Source of the DNA: a virus
Taxonomy: Duplodnaviria > Caudoviricetes
Length of the DNA stretch: 60,616 nt
Virus record (IMG/VR): IMGVR_UViG_3300017751_000016
Span: 1-60,616 of that record
Direction: 5' to 3' (one strand)
The translations under genes and the position numbers were made by a program. How positions within the stretch are numbered: the stretch's first letter is position 1; each line of letters begins with the position of its first letter. Below are positions 46,264 to 56,298 of this stretch, piece after piece. The notes beneath the pieces were generated by a model. The model saw only the letters and a program-made list of their open reading frames with translations. It made no database searches and was not told the origin of the DNA.

Positions 46264-46914
46264 ATGCCAACTATATTACAATTAAGACGAGGTACGACCA
46301 CTGAGCATGCCAGTTTCACTGGAGCAGAGGGCGAAATTACTGTCGATACTACCAAGGATACTCTAGTAGTACATGACGGCTCAACTGCTGGTGGTTTTGA
46401 ACTTGCTCTAGCAGACGGAACAAATGTATCTGTTTCTACTGAACAGGTACAAGACATTGCGGCTGGTATGATTACATCAGCATCACATACTAATATCACT
46501 GCAACATACGATGATGGAGCTGGCACTCTTGCTCTCGCCGCAGCAGCTTCTTCTTCTTATGGTGACTCTGATGTTGGAACATATCTAAGTAGCAACGGGT
46601 TTGCAACACAAAGCACTATTGTTGCTGCAATCACTGATTCTGCTCCTGCTACTCTAGATACTTTGAACGAACTTGCTGCTGCGTTAGGTGATGATGCCAA
46701 CTTTGCAACAACAACAACAAACAGTTTAGCAGCAAAAGCCCCGCTCGCAGCACCTACTTTTACTGGTACTGTCACATTGCCATCGTCTACTTCTATTGGA
46801 GATGTTTCTTCAACAGAGATTGGTTATGTCAATGGTGTTACATCTGCTATACAGACTCAAATAGATTCAAATAGAATTGACATCTATAATGCTGCTGGTA
46901 CTCTGCTAAACTAA
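46264..46914 (+). CDS. Fibre protein with Mtd_N-like domain
   Basis: Same N-domain as the previous gene; SAPATLDTLNELAAALGDDANFATT fibre motif; APLAAPTFTG; GVTSAIQTQI. Confidence 0.75.
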   Translation: MPTILQLRRGTTTEHASFTGAEGEITVDTTKDTLVVHDGSTAGGFELALADGTNVSVSTEQVQDIAAGMITSASHTNITATYDDGAGTLALAAAASSSYGDSDVGTYLSSNGFATQSTIVAAITDSAPATLDTLNELAAALGDDANFATTTTNSLAAKAPLAAPTFTGTVTLPSSTSIGDVSSTEIGYVNGVTSAIQTQIDSNRIDIYNAAGTLLN

Positions 46915-46925
46915 GGTAATAAATT

Positions 46926-47165
46926 ATGGGTATAGTAATCAAACCAAAAAGAAGTGAAGTGACCGGTGCGCCTACCTCTGAGGATTTGGAGGTAGGCGAG
47001 ATCGCCGTAAATTTGGCCGATGGTACGTTATTCTCTAAAAATAGTAGCGGCACCGTTGTACAATTAAAAAGTTATGATGCTGATTTGTTTTCAATACCTA
47101 ATTCTGTTGATTTGGGGAATCTTTCAACAGGTACAGTATCTAGGGATTTAGGAACACTCGCCTAA
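46926..47165 (+). CDS. Small fibre-associated protein, paralog of 45671..46024
   Basis: IKPKRSE...P...DLEVGEIAVN.ADG.LFSK; ends DLGTLA. Confidence 0.7.
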   Translation: MGIVIKPKRSEVTGAPTSEDLEVGEIAVNLADGTLFSKNSSGTVVQLKSYDADLFSIPNSVDLGNLSTGTVSRDLGTLA

Positions 47166-48130
47166 TGGCATTATCATCTAGACAAGAACTCATTGATTAC
47201 TGTTTACGCAGGTTAGGTTTTCCTGTAATAGAAATTAATGTTGATGAAGATCAGGTCAATGATCGTATTGATGATGCTTTACAGTTGTGGCAAGAGTATC
47301 ACTTCGATGGTACTGAGCGCACCTATGTTCAACACAGAATTACAGGTTCAACTCTAAATCTTACTACATCAGTTGGCGGAAACTTCATTAACAATGACAG
47401 AGTAGTTGGATCTACATCTGGCGCCAGTGCTTTAGTTAAGGGCGGAAGTGGAACAACTCTTACAATTGAAGATACTGCTGGAGCATTTGCTGCCGGAGAG
47501 ACTGTTACAGGTTCTATCTCTGGTACTACTGCAACACTAGATGCAATTCCTTATGTCGCTGGCGACATGGATAACAAATATATTCCTATCAGTAGTGGCA
47601 TCACAGGCATTGTTAGACTGTTCAACTTCGGTGGAGCGGCTACAGCGAACACTCGTGACGGCAATCTGTTTGATCTTCAGTATCAATTCAGACAGAATGA
47701 TTTATATAATCTGATGGGTGCTGATATGATTTACTATTCTATGGTACAATCACATCTACAAACACTAGAAGAACTTCTTATTAGTGACCGACAAATCAGA
47801 TGGAACAGAAAGACAGACAGACTGTATATCGACACTGACTGGGACAAGACATTCAATCCTGGTGACTATGTGATTGCAGAAGCGTATGCTATTCTCGATC
47901 CAGCAGATTACGCAGAAGTTTACAACGACATGTTCCTAAAGAAATACGCTACTGCTCTTATCAAGAGACAGTGGGGCGAGAACATGAAGAAGTTCGGTGG
48001 AATTCAAATGCCTGGCGGTGTTACACTCAACGGTGACAAGATTTTTGAAGAAGCTATCACAGAAATTAATACTATAGAAGACGAGATGCAATCTCGGTAC
48101 TCATTACCTCCCTCGTTCTATGTAGGATAA
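47165..48130 (+). CDS. gp13: Neck protein gp13
   Basis: SRQELIDYCLRRLG.PVIEINVD.DQ..DRID.ALQ...YHFDG, FLKKYATALIKRQWG.NM.KF.G.Q.PGG.TLNG. Confidence 0.95.
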   Translation: MALSSRQELIDYCLRRLGFPVIEINVDEDQVNDRIDDALQLWQEYHFDGTERTYVQHRITGSTLNLTTSVGGNFINNDRVVGSTSGASALVKGGSGTTLTIEDTAGAFAAGETVTGSISGTTATLDAIPYVAGDMDNKYIPISSGITGIVRLFNFGGAATANTRDGNLFDLQYQFRQNDLYNLMGADMIYYSMVQSHLQTLEELLISDRQIRWNRKTDRLYIDTDWDKTFNPGDYVIAEAYAILDPADYAEVYNDMFLKKYATALIKRQWGENMKKFGGIQMPGGVTLNGDKIFEEAITEINTIEDEMQSRYSLPPSFYVG

Positions 48131-48133
48131 CCC

Positions 48134-48880
48134 ATGCCTACTAACTTTTATTTTCAAAGTGGACTGACAAGCGGGACTACCAATGAACAGCGTCTTGTAG
48201 AAGACCTCATTATTGAAAGTCTGAAAATCTATGGTCAGGACATTTACTATCTCCCTAGAACGCTAGTGAATACAGACAATATCTTTGATGAAGATACTTT
48301 GTCTCAGTTTACTCAAGCGTATCCTCTAGAGATGTACATACAGAATGTAGATGGCTTTGAGGGTCAAGGCGATCTATTCACTAAGTTTGGTATTGAAATT
48401 AGAGACCAAGCATCGTTTGTTCTATCTAAAAGAAGATGGGAACATATGGTGCAAATTTCAGGTGGAATATTTTCACTAGAAGCTAGACCGTCTGAAGGAG
48501 ATTTGTTATTCTTACCTATTACTGGTTCTTTATTTGAAATCAAACTAGTTGAGTTTCAGAATCCTTTTTATCAGCTAAGTAAAATTAATACATTTACTAT
48601 GCAGTGTGAGTTGTTTGAATACTCATCAGAAGTTATTGCTACTGGCATTTCAGCAATTGACGATATATATCAAAGTCAAAATATTGATATGTTCTTATAT
48701 CAATTCTTACTTGAAGACGGAACACTGCTGCTACAGGAACAGGGCGAGTCGTTAATTCTTGAAGACTATGCGCTGACCAAAGCAACCGAAAGAACTGACA
48801 ACGCAGATTTCTTTAGTGAAAATGAAGCAGATGATATTATAGATTTCTCTGAAATTAATCCGTTTGGAGAAATAGTCTAA
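48134..48880 (+). CDS. gp14: Neck protein gp14
   Basis: EQ.L.EDLIIESLKIYG.D..YLPR, KFG.EIRD, RP.EGDL, CELFEYS.E, DFSE.NPFG. Confidence 0.95.
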   Translation: MPTNFYFQSGLTSGTTNEQRLVEDLIIESLKIYGQDIYYLPRTLVNTDNIFDEDTLSQFTQAYPLEMYIQNVDGFEGQGDLFTKFGIEIRDQASFVLSKRRWEHMVQISGGIFSLEARPSEGDLLFLPITGSLFEIKLVEFQNPFYQLSKINTFTMQCELFEYSSEVIATGISAIDDIYQSQNIDMFLYQFLLEDGTLLLQEQGESLILEDYALTKATERTDNADFFSENEADDIIDFSEINPFGEIV

Positions 48881-49677
48881 TGTTTAAAAATGTACAATTC
48901 TACCATGAGCATATCAGAAAAGCCATCATTGCTTTTGGTATGATATTTAATAATATTAGAATTTCACGAGATAACAGTGACGGTGACCTTGTTCAAACAA
49001 TGCGTGTGCCGTTGGCTTATTCTACAAAACAGAAGTTCTTGTCTCGTATTGCATTGATTCCTGATGCAGAATCTCGTGGCGAAGTTGCTATTGTATTACC
49101 TCGCATGGGGTTTGAGATACAGCAGTTGACATACGACCCTTCTCGTAAAGTTTCTCCTATACAAAGAAATAAGGCAGTGGGTACAGGAGATGATACGAAT
49201 ACTGTCAGAACTTCTTATGTCGCTACTCCGTATAATATGTCTCTTTCTTTATATGTGTTTGCAAAAAACCAAGAAGACGGACTCAGAATTATAGAACAAG
49301 TACTACCATTTTTTAACCCGGATTTTAATATCACTGTCAATGAGTTACCTGCTCTGGGAATAAAAAGAGATATTAAAATTACAATGGACAGTATTGATTA
49401 TGATGATACATACGAAGGTGACTTAGCAGAGAGACAGAGTATTATCTGGACACTTAATTTTACAATGCGATTAAACTTTTATGGTCCTGTAGATAATCAA
49501 GCTGTTATTAAAGAGGCTATCGCTAAATTGTATGAAAAAGATGACTTCTTAAATGTCAGAATAAAGAGTACTGCAACTATAGGTGTTTCTGGTGTAATTG
49601 ATAAGACGCTTACACCGGCAGATGAATATGAATATATAACTAGTATACTTGAAAGTTTTGGTGATGAAATTGAATAA
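48880..49677 (+). CDS. gp15: Tail sheath stabilizer/completion protein gp15
   Basis: FYH..IRK.I.AFG..FN, VPLAY...QKFL.R, LPRMGFE, IIEQ.LPFF.P, WTL.F. Confidence 0.95.
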   Translation: MFKNVQFYHEHIRKAIIAFGMIFNNIRISRDNSDGDLVQTMRVPLAYSTKQKFLSRIALIPDAESRGEVAIVLPRMGFEIQQLTYDPSRKVSPIQRNKAVGTGDDTNTVRTSYVATPYNMSLSLYVFAKNQEDGLRIIEQVLPFFNPDFNITVNELPALGIKRDIKITMDSIDYDDTYEGDLAERQSIIWTLNFTMRLNFYGPVDNQAVIKEAIAKLYEKDDFLNVRIKSTATIGVSGVIDKTLTPADEYEYITSILESFGDEIE

Positions 49678-50116
49678 TCCATTTGATAGTTTAGACGATG
49701 CGTTTGACACAAAAGACAAGACTAAAGCACTACAGTCAAACCTAAAACAAGTCAGGAAAGATAATAATCTTCCTGTGCCTCCTGCTGATGCTGAAAAGGA
49801 TCTTGAGGAAGATTTTCAAGAAGCTCGTGATATACTGAGGCGAACAGCCGAGTATAGCGAAGAAGCAATCAAAGGCATGTTGCACATTGCGAAGAACAGC
49901 GATCAACCAAGAGCATATGAAGTCGCAGGTCAATTGATCAAGGCACTTCAAGACAATGCTGGTGCTATGATGGATGTCCAAGACAAAGCAAAAAAAGTTA
50001 AAGGTGAAGAAGTCAAGTCTAAGAATAATGCTGTAACAAATAATAATTTATTTGTAGGAAGTACTAAAGACTTGCTCAGAGCCTTAAAGGACGAGCAGGT
50101 CATAGATCATGAGTGA
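49664..50116 (+). CDS. gp16: Terminase small subunit gp16
   Basis: PRAYEVAGQLIK, TNNNLFVGST.DL. Confidence 0.93.
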   Translation: MKLNNPFDSLDDAFDTKDKTKALQSNLKQVRKDNNLPVPPADAEKDLEEDFQEARDILRRTAEYSEEAIKGMLHIAKNSDQPRAYEVAGQLIKALQDNAGAMMDVQDKAKKVKGEEVKSKNNAVTNNNLFVGSTKDLLRALKDEQVIDHE

Positions 50117-51764
50117 AGAAACTTCCTATCACGGTAATCCTAATCTAAAATCTATTGGCTACAAACACGACTTTACTCAAGAGCAAATCAAAGAGTATTT
50201 GAAGTGCCAAGACGATCCTATCTATTTTATTGAAAATTATTGTATGATTGTAACTCTTGATACTGGCTTACAGTTGTTCAAGTTATATGATTGTCAAAAG
50301 ACAAAAGTAGATATTATCATGAATAATCGTAAGGTTATTCTAATGGAAGGTAGACAACAAGGTAAAACTGTTACTGCCGCTGCATGTATTCTACATTACA
50401 CTATCTTCAATGCTGATAAAACTGTTGCTATCATGGCAAACAAAACAGCATCAGCAAGAGAAGTGCTTCTGCGTTATCAAACTATGTACGAAAACTTGCC
50501 TATATGGATGCAACAAGGGGTAAAGACATGGAACAAAGGTGATGTTGACTTAGAAAATAACTGTCGTGTATTCACAGCAGCGACAACAACATCTGGTATT
50601 CGTGGTAAATCTGTAAACTGGCTGTATATTGACGAAGCAGCAATCATTCCAAATAATGTTGCTGATGAATTCTTTGCGTCAGTGTATCCTACAATTTCTG
50701 CGGGTGAAACAACAAAGATTTTGCTGACATCTACTCCACTTGGATACAATCACTTCTGGAAATTTTGGAATGAAGCAGAAAAGGGCGCAAATGGATTTAC
50801 AAATCACTTCATTCATTACACACAAATACCTGGCAGAGATGAGAAATGGGCTGAAGAGCAACTCAAGCTTCTAGGCGAACTAAAGTTTACACAAGAAGTA
50901 TTGTGTGAGTTTCTTGGATCGTCAAACACACTTATCAATGCAAGAACTATTGGAGCTTTGAGTTCAAAAGAAGTATTGTATGAAAATTCTGAAGGAAACG
51001 CAGTTGACATATACGAAGATCCAATAAAGAATCATTATTATTGTATTACAGTAGACACTGCCAGAGGTATTGGTGGTGACTATTCAGCGTTTGTTGTTGT
51101 TGATATTACTGAGATGCCTTATAAAGTGGTAGCTAAGTATCGTAATAACAAAATTGCACCAATGCTGTACCCAAATGTTATAGCAAAAGTAGGAGAAGAT
51201 TATAATAACGCCTTTGTTTTAATTGAGAACAATGACATTGGCGGTCAAGTAGTAGAAATATTACATGAAGAAATAGAATATGACAATATTTTTAGTACAG
51301 TGACAGAAAAATCTAGACAGTATGTATCGCCTGGTTTTGGTAAATCTACTAGACTAGGTGTCAATACATCGAAACAAGTAAAGAGACAAGGTTGTTTCAA
51401 CTTTAAGTCTCTCATGGAAGAAAAAAAGCTTTTAGTATTCGATGCCGATATCATTAGTGAGATATCAACATTTGTTGAAAAGGGCAATACTTATCAAGCA
51501 GACGAAGGATACAATGATGACTGCGTGATGTGCATGGTTCTCTTTGGTTGGCTATCTACTATGCCATTCTTTAAAGAATTGGTAGATGTAAATACCAGAG
51601 AGGGACTATACAATCAACAAATGAAAAGTATTACACAAAATTTAACACCATTTATAGTCAAAAAAGGTAATGAAGGCCCTGACCCATGGGTAGCTGGCGG
51701 TGATTATTGGTTAGTTGATGAAGAATACAGTAAAAGACTTTCTGAGTCAAAGTTCAAATACTAA
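50109..51764 (+). CDS. gp17: Terminase large subunit gp17
   Basis: YHGNPNLK, DPIYFIENY, RQQGKT (Walker A), IDEAA (Walker B), STP.GYNHF, D.ARG.GGDYSAF, DDCVM. Confidence 0.98.
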   Translation: MSEETSYHGNPNLKSIGYKHDFTQEQIKEYLKCQDDPIYFIENYCMIVTLDTGLQLFKLYDCQKTKVDIIMNNRKVILMEGRQQGKTVTAAACILHYTIFNADKTVAIMANKTASAREVLLRYQTMYENLPIWMQQGVKTWNKGDVDLENNCRVFTAATTTSGIRGKSVNWLYIDEAAIIPNNVADEFFASVYPTISAGETTKILLTSTPLGYNHFWKFWNEAEKGANGFTNHFIHYTQIPGRDEKWAEEQLKLLGELKFTQEVLCEFLGSSNTLINARTIGALSSKEVLYENSEGNAVDIYEDPIKNHYYCITVDTARGIGGDYSAFVVVDITEMPYKVVAKYRNNKIAPMLYPNVIAKVGEDYNNAFVLIENNDIGGQVVEILHEEIEYDNIFSTVTEKSRQYVSPGFGKSTRLGVNTSKQVKRQGCFNFKSLMEEKKLLVFDADIISEISTFVEKGNTYQADEGYNDDCVMCMVLFGWLSTMPFFKELVDVNTREGLYNQQMKSITQNLTPFIVKKGNEGPDPWVAGGDYWLVDEEYSKRLSESKFKY

Positions 51765-51769
51765 AAACT

Positions 51770-51777
51770 TATAAATA
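51770..51777 (+). promoter_or_regulatory. T4-type late promoter for gp18
   Basis: TATAAATA. Confidence 0.8.
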
Positions 51778-51832
51778 ATTAAACGAATAACAACATAAAT
51801 AATGTTTGATTTTTTTAACGAGGAGAATAAAT

Positions 51833-53518
51833 ATGGCTTTTCAGCTATCACCTGGAGTCCAGGTAACAGAGAGAGACCTCACTTCCGTAGTTCCAGCAGT
51901 AGGCAGTTCTATCGGTGGTACCGCAGGCCAGTTTGCTTGGGGCCCATGTGAGCAAGTAACTACAATTAGCTCAGAAAATGAGCTTGCAACACGCTTTGGC
52001 AAGCCAGGCGCAACAAATAACAGAGCTTTTTTTGCTGCTGCTTCTTTTCTTGCGTACACTAGTACTCTTAAAGTTGCAAGAGCAATCAACTCTGCTTCTT
52101 TGAATGCTACTTCTGGCGTTGCTGCGGCAGACGGAACTGGTGTTTTAATCAAGAATGATGACGTATATGAGACTACTTTCGCAACTGGCTCTGGCGGCAA
52201 CGGAATGTTCGCTGCTAAGTATCCAGGCGCTATCGGTAGTTCACTAAAAGTTTCATTCGCAGACGCATCTGACTATGCTACATGGGCATACAAAGCTCAA
52301 TTTGACTATGCACCTTCTGCTACTGCACACGCTACGGCAGCAGGCGGTTCTGTCGATGAGATGCACATCATTGTAATTGACGAAGACGGACTATTTACTG
52401 GCACTTCTGGTACAGTACTCGAAAAGTTTGCCGGTGTTTCTAAAGCATCTGATGCTAAAGATTCTGTAGGTCGCTCAAACTTCTATAAGAATGTTATCAA
52501 TCAAAGATCACTTTACATTTGGTGGACAGCTCATCCAGCTGCTACTAATAACTGGGGATCACTTGCTAACGCACTAACTTTTGACAGCAACCATGTAGCT
52601 GCCGAGTCAACTACATCACTAACAGCAGGCGCCGATGGTACTATTTCAGACGGCGACAAGCAAGCTGCATTCATTTTGTTTGCAAATGATGAGCTAGTAG
52701 ACGTTAATCTTATCTTTGTAGGTGATGCTTCTGCCACTGTTGGAGATTATGTTATCGACAATGTTGCCGAAGTTCGCAAAGATTGTATGGTATTTGTTTC
52801 GCCACAATATGCGTCTGTTGTTGACAACGTAGGTTCAGAGTCTACTGATATCATAACAGAAATTGCGGCATACACTCGTAGTTCATACGCAGTATTTGAT
52901 TCTGGCTACAAATACATGTATGATCGTTATAACGATGCGTATGTATATGTTCCTTGTAACGGCGATACTGCTGGTGTTTGTGCTAATACTGATACTGTTG
53001 CTGATCCTTGGTTCTCTCCTGCAGGCCTTAATCGTGGTGCAATCAAGAATGCTGTTAGACTTTCTTACTCACCAAACAAATCTGACCGTGATGCTTTATA
53101 CAAAGCAGGCGTTAATCCAATTGTTGGATTTCCTGGTTCAGGTATCGTATTGTTCGGTGACAAAACACTCCTTGAAAAGCCAAGTGCATTTGATCGTATC
53201 AATGTTCGAAGACTGTTTATTGTTCTTGAAAAAGCAATTGCAACCGCAGCTAAGTTTCAACTCTTTGAGTTTAACGATGCGTTTACAAGAGCGCAGTTTA
53301 AGAACTTGGTCGAGCCATTCTTACGAGACGTCCAAGGACGAAGAGGCATCTATGATTTCCGTGTAGTATGTGACGGAACAAATAATGGAACTCAGGTCGT
53401 TGATGCAAATAATTTTGTAGCTGATATCTTTATTCAGCCAGCAAAGTCAATCAACTTCATTCAACTTAATTTCATCGCTACTAGAACAGGAATTGCGTTC
53501 GAAGAAGTTGGTGCTTAG
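51833..53518 (+). CDS. gp18: Tail sheath protein gp18
   Basis: MAFQLSPGV...E.DLT, F.WGP, PWFSPAG.NRG, FDRINVRRLF, FEFNDAFTR, SINFI.LNF.ATRTG..FEE; GGAG RBS before 51833. Confidence 0.98.
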   Translation: MAFQLSPGVQVTERDLTSVVPAVGSSIGGTAGQFAWGPCEQVTTISSENELATRFGKPGATNNRAFFAAASFLAYTSTLKVARAINSASLNATSGVAAADGTGVLIKNDDVYETTFATGSGGNGMFAAKYPGAIGSSLKVSFADASDYATWAYKAQFDYAPSATAHATAAGGSVDEMHIIVIDEDGLFTGTSGTVLEKFAGVSKASDAKDSVGRSNFYKNVINQRSLYIWWTAHPAATNNWGSLANALTFDSNHVAAESTTSLTAGADGTISDGDKQAAFILFANDELVDVNLIFVGDASATVGDYVIDNVAEVRKDCMVFVSPQYASVVDNVGSESTDIITEIAAYTRSSYAVFDSGYKYMYDRYNDAYVYVPCNGDTAGVCANTDTVADPWFSPAGLNRGAIKNAVRLSYSPNKSDRDALYKAGVNPIVGFPGSGIVLFGDKTLLEKPSAFDRINVRRLFIVLEKAIATAAKFQLFEFNDAFTRAQFKNLVEPFLRDVQGRRGIYDFRVVCDGTNNGTQVVDANNFVADIFIQPAKSINFIQLNFIATRTGIAFEEVGA

Positions 53519-53521
53519 GCT

Positions 53522-53529
53522 TATAAATA
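53522..53529 (+). promoter_or_regulatory. T4-type late promoter for gp19
   Basis: TATAAATA. Confidence 0.8.
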
Positions 53530-53549
53530 AAAGTAAATAGGAGATATAA

Positions 53550-54065
53550 ATGAATATTACAGAGTTTAAGGCTCGCCTAGGTGCCGGGGGAGCAAGACCC
53601 AATCAATTTAGGGTCTTGCTAGGTTTTCCAAGTTACGTCACAGGCGTTGATACTTCATACAGTCTGTTAGTGTCTGGAGCAGCAGTTCCAGCATCAACAG
53701 TTAATCCAGCGATTATTCAATACAGAGGCCGTGAAGTTAAACTAGCGGGTGAGCGTATTTTTGATCCATGGACAATTACAGTGGTCAATGACAGCAATCA
53801 GTCACTCCGTCGTCCGTTTGAAGACTGGATGGCTGGCATGAACGATACTTCTACTAATACGGGTATTTTGACACCAGCTGACTATCAAGCAGACGTTACT
53901 GTTCAACACTTAGATAGAAACGATGACGTATTGCGTGGTGGTACTTATGTACTTCGCAATGCATTTCCAATTCAGATGTCTGAGATTGCATTACAATACG
54001 CACAAAACGATATAATTGAAGAATTTACAGTGACATTCCAATATCAGAACTACGATAACTTCTAG
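53550..54065 (+). CDS. gp19: Tail tube protein gp19
   Basis: GGARPNQF.V, RGR.VKLAGER.F.PWTITV.ND, Q.LDRN, IEEFTVTF.Y. Confidence 0.96.
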   Translation: MNITEFKARLGAGGARPNQFRVLLGFPSYVTGVDTSYSLLVSGAAVPASTVNPAIIQYRGREVKLAGERIFDPWTITVVNDSNQSLRRPFEDWMAGMNDTSTNTGILTPADYQADVTVQHLDRNDDVLRGGTYVLRNAFPIQMSEIALQYAQNDIIEEFTVTFQYQNYDNF

Positions 54066-54093
54066 GTTCTGATGCTTAAGGATATATTATAAT

Positions 54094-55656
54094 ATGAATA
54101 TTTTTGGTTTTAACATTTCTCGTGAAGGGCCACCTAAGTCTGAAAAGTCTTTTGTGGCTCCTTCTGACGAGGGTGGAATTGAATCCATACGAGCCGGTGG
54201 GTACTACGGTACCTACATGGATCTTGAGGGCGTAGCAAATAACGAAGCAGAATTAATTAAGCGTTATAGAGATATCTCTTTAATGGCTGATGTTGATACT
54301 GCGATTCAAGACATTATCGATGATGCTATTGCTAATCTCGATGATGAAGATCCTGTAACACTCGACACAGATAAGTTGAATGTTTCTGAATCTGTTAAAA
54401 AACAAATACAAGATGAATTTGAAAACATTGTAGAGCTGCTAGATTTTAAAAGCAGGTCACACGATTACTTTAGACGTTGGTATGTTGACGGTCGTTTATA
54501 CTTTCATAAAGTTATCGACACTGAAAATCCTAGAAAGGGTATCAGAGATATTAGATACATTGACCCACGTAAAATTACAAAGGTCAAAGAAGTACACAAA
54601 GAAAAAAATGAACAAGGTATACAGTTCATTAAAGATGTTGAAGAGTTTTATATCTTTAACGACAAAGGACTATCAGCTAAGCCAGGACAATATAAAGCTC
54701 CAGGTAATGACAGTGCCTTAAAGATTACGAAAGATGCAATAACTTATTGTCCTTCTGGTCTAGTAGATCAAGACAAGAACACTGCACTTTCATATTTGCA
54801 TAAAGCCATTCGCCCTGCAAATCAACTTAGAATGATGGAGAATGCCGTAGTTATCTACAGAATTACGAGAGCTCCTGAACGAAGAATATTTTATGTTGAT
54901 GTTGGTAACCTACCAACTAATAAAGCAGAACAATATTTAAAAGACATTATGGACCGCTATCGCAATAAGTTAGTGTATGACGCTAACACCGGCGAGGTTC
55001 GTGATGATAAAAAGTTTATGTCAATGCTTGAAGACTTTTGGTTGCCACGAAGAGAAGGCAGCAGCGGTACTTCAATTGATACATTACCAGCAGGACAGAA
55101 TCTAGGACAGATTGAAGATGTAGAATACTTCCAGAAGAAGTTATATCAGTCTTTGAATGTTCCTGTTTCAAGACTTGAGCAGCAAGCGGGTCTTAACTTC
55201 GGTCGTTCTGCTGAGATCAATAGAGACGAACTGAAGTTCTCTAAGTTTGTTGCTAGACTTAGAAAGAAGTTTGGAGTGATGTTTGATGACTTGCTCAAGA
55301 CACAGCTTATTCTAAAGAATATTATTACAGAAGAAGATTGGAGAAGCATTAAAGATGATTTGATGTATAAGTTTGCACAAGATGCTTACTATACTGAGTC
55401 AAAGAATCAAGAAATTTTGCGTAGTAGAGTTGAAGTTCTTAATGGTATGTCTAGTTATATAGGTACATTGTTTAGCAAATCATATATTCAAAGAAATGTA
55501 TTGATGCTAAGTGATGAAGAGATAGAACAGATTGACATGGATCTAAAACTTGAACAACCTTTTGTAACACAAGAGCAGCAATTCCAAATGGATACTCAGC
55601 AGCAACAAGCAGAAGCTGAGAGTGAAGTACAACAACAAGATACTGGAGAAGAATAA
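54094..55656 (+). CDS. gp20: Portal vertex protein gp20
   Basis: FRRWYVDGR, SYLHKAI.P.NQLRM.E, IYRI.RAPERRIFYVDVGNLP..KAEQY, MLEDFWLPRREG. Confidence 0.98.
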   Translation: MNIFGFNISREGPPKSEKSFVAPSDEGGIESIRAGGYYGTYMDLEGVANNEAELIKRYRDISLMADVDTAIQDIIDDAIANLDDEDPVTLDTDKLNVSESVKKQIQDEFENIVELLDFKSRSHDYFRRWYVDGRLYFHKVIDTENPRKGIRDIRYIDPRKITKVKEVHKEKNEQGIQFIKDVEEFYIFNDKGLSAKPGQYKAPGNDSALKITKDAITYCPSGLVDQDKNTALSYLHKAIRPANQLRMMENAVVIYRITRAPERRIFYVDVGNLPTNKAEQYLKDIMDRYRNKLVYDANTGEVRDDKKFMSMLEDFWLPRREGSSGTSIDTLPAGQNLGQIEDVEYFQKKLYQSLNVPVSRLEQQAGLNFGRSAEINRDELKFSKFVARLRKKFGVMFDDLLKTQLILKNIITEEDWRSIKDDLMYKFAQDAYYTESKNQEILRSRVEVLNGMSSYIGTLFSKSYIQRNVLMLSDEEIEQIDMDLKLEQPFVTQEQQFQMDTQQQQAEAESEVQQQDTGEE

Positions 55657-55919
55657 TGGATCAACAACAAGCTATTAGAGATATGATGGACAGCATTGCA
55701 CAAGGCAAATCTGCTGAGGTTCAAACTAAATTTGACTCATTGATGTTTAATAGAGCAAGTGATGCTGTCAATGATTATAAGCAAGAACTAGCTAGAAGTG
55801 TTTTTAAGAATTCAGATTTACAGGCAATGGGACTAGCTGATGGCGAAGAGCACATCACAGAAGTAGATCCTGCTGCTGGACCAGAAGACTACGAGGATAA
55901 TTCCGATGAAGACATTTAA
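55656..55919 (+). CDS. Prohead core protein (gp67-like position)
   Basis: Short acidic protein immediately after gp20. Confidence 0.55.
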   Translation: MDQQQAIRDMMDSIAQGKSAEVQTKFDSLMFNRASDAVNDYKQELARSVFKNSDLQAMGLADGEEHITEVDPAAGPEDYEDNSDEDI

Positions 55920-56283
55920 ATCTTTCAGAGAACAAATAGAACTACAAGAAGCTAAAAAGTGTAGCGACTGTGGTTGCGATCCGATGAATCCTAAAGAAGG
56001 ATGCGACTGCGATCACAAAGATATGAGCGAAGCATCTATGGACGGCGTTGCTGCTGGCTCACTTGAAGGCGACAAGCACATGTGTGCGACTAAAATCTTC
56101 AAAGAAGGTTTCGGTGAGGGCGTTCCGATTAAAGGCGAGCATGCTGATCCAGACGAGTTTGGTAATATCTCTTGGTACACTACTATGTTTGATCACGGCA
56201 TTGAAACAGTAGAAGTACAAGAAGAAAGCGTTAAGATTCTTGAACAAGAAGCACATATGAATCATAAGAAGAAAGCATACTAA
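55906..56283 (+). CDS. Putative prohead core/internal protein with Cys-rich segment
   Basis: MKTFKSFRE..LQE N-terminus typical of T4-like head-packaged proteins; CSDCGC...CDCDH. Confidence 0.55.
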   Translation: MKTFKSFREQIELQEAKKCSDCGCDPMNPKEGCDCDHKDMSEASMDGVAAGSLEGDKHMCATKIFKEGFGEGVPIKGEHADPDEFGNISWYTTMFDHGIETVEVQEESVKILEQEAHMNHKKKAY

Positions 56284-56298
56284 TAACGGAGAAGATAA

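Noticed and set aside
46027-46914. Diversity-generating retroelement suggested by Mtd-like domains
   Set aside because: Only the N-terminal Mtd-like domain is present; no reverse transcriptase, and the duplicated copies differ at synonymous sites rather than specifically at adenines
52863-53366. 167-aa same-strand alternate-frame ORF inside gp18 (similarly 59537..60019 in gp23)
   Set aside because: Leu/Ile-rich frame-shadow of highly biased structural genes; no RBS or recognisable motif
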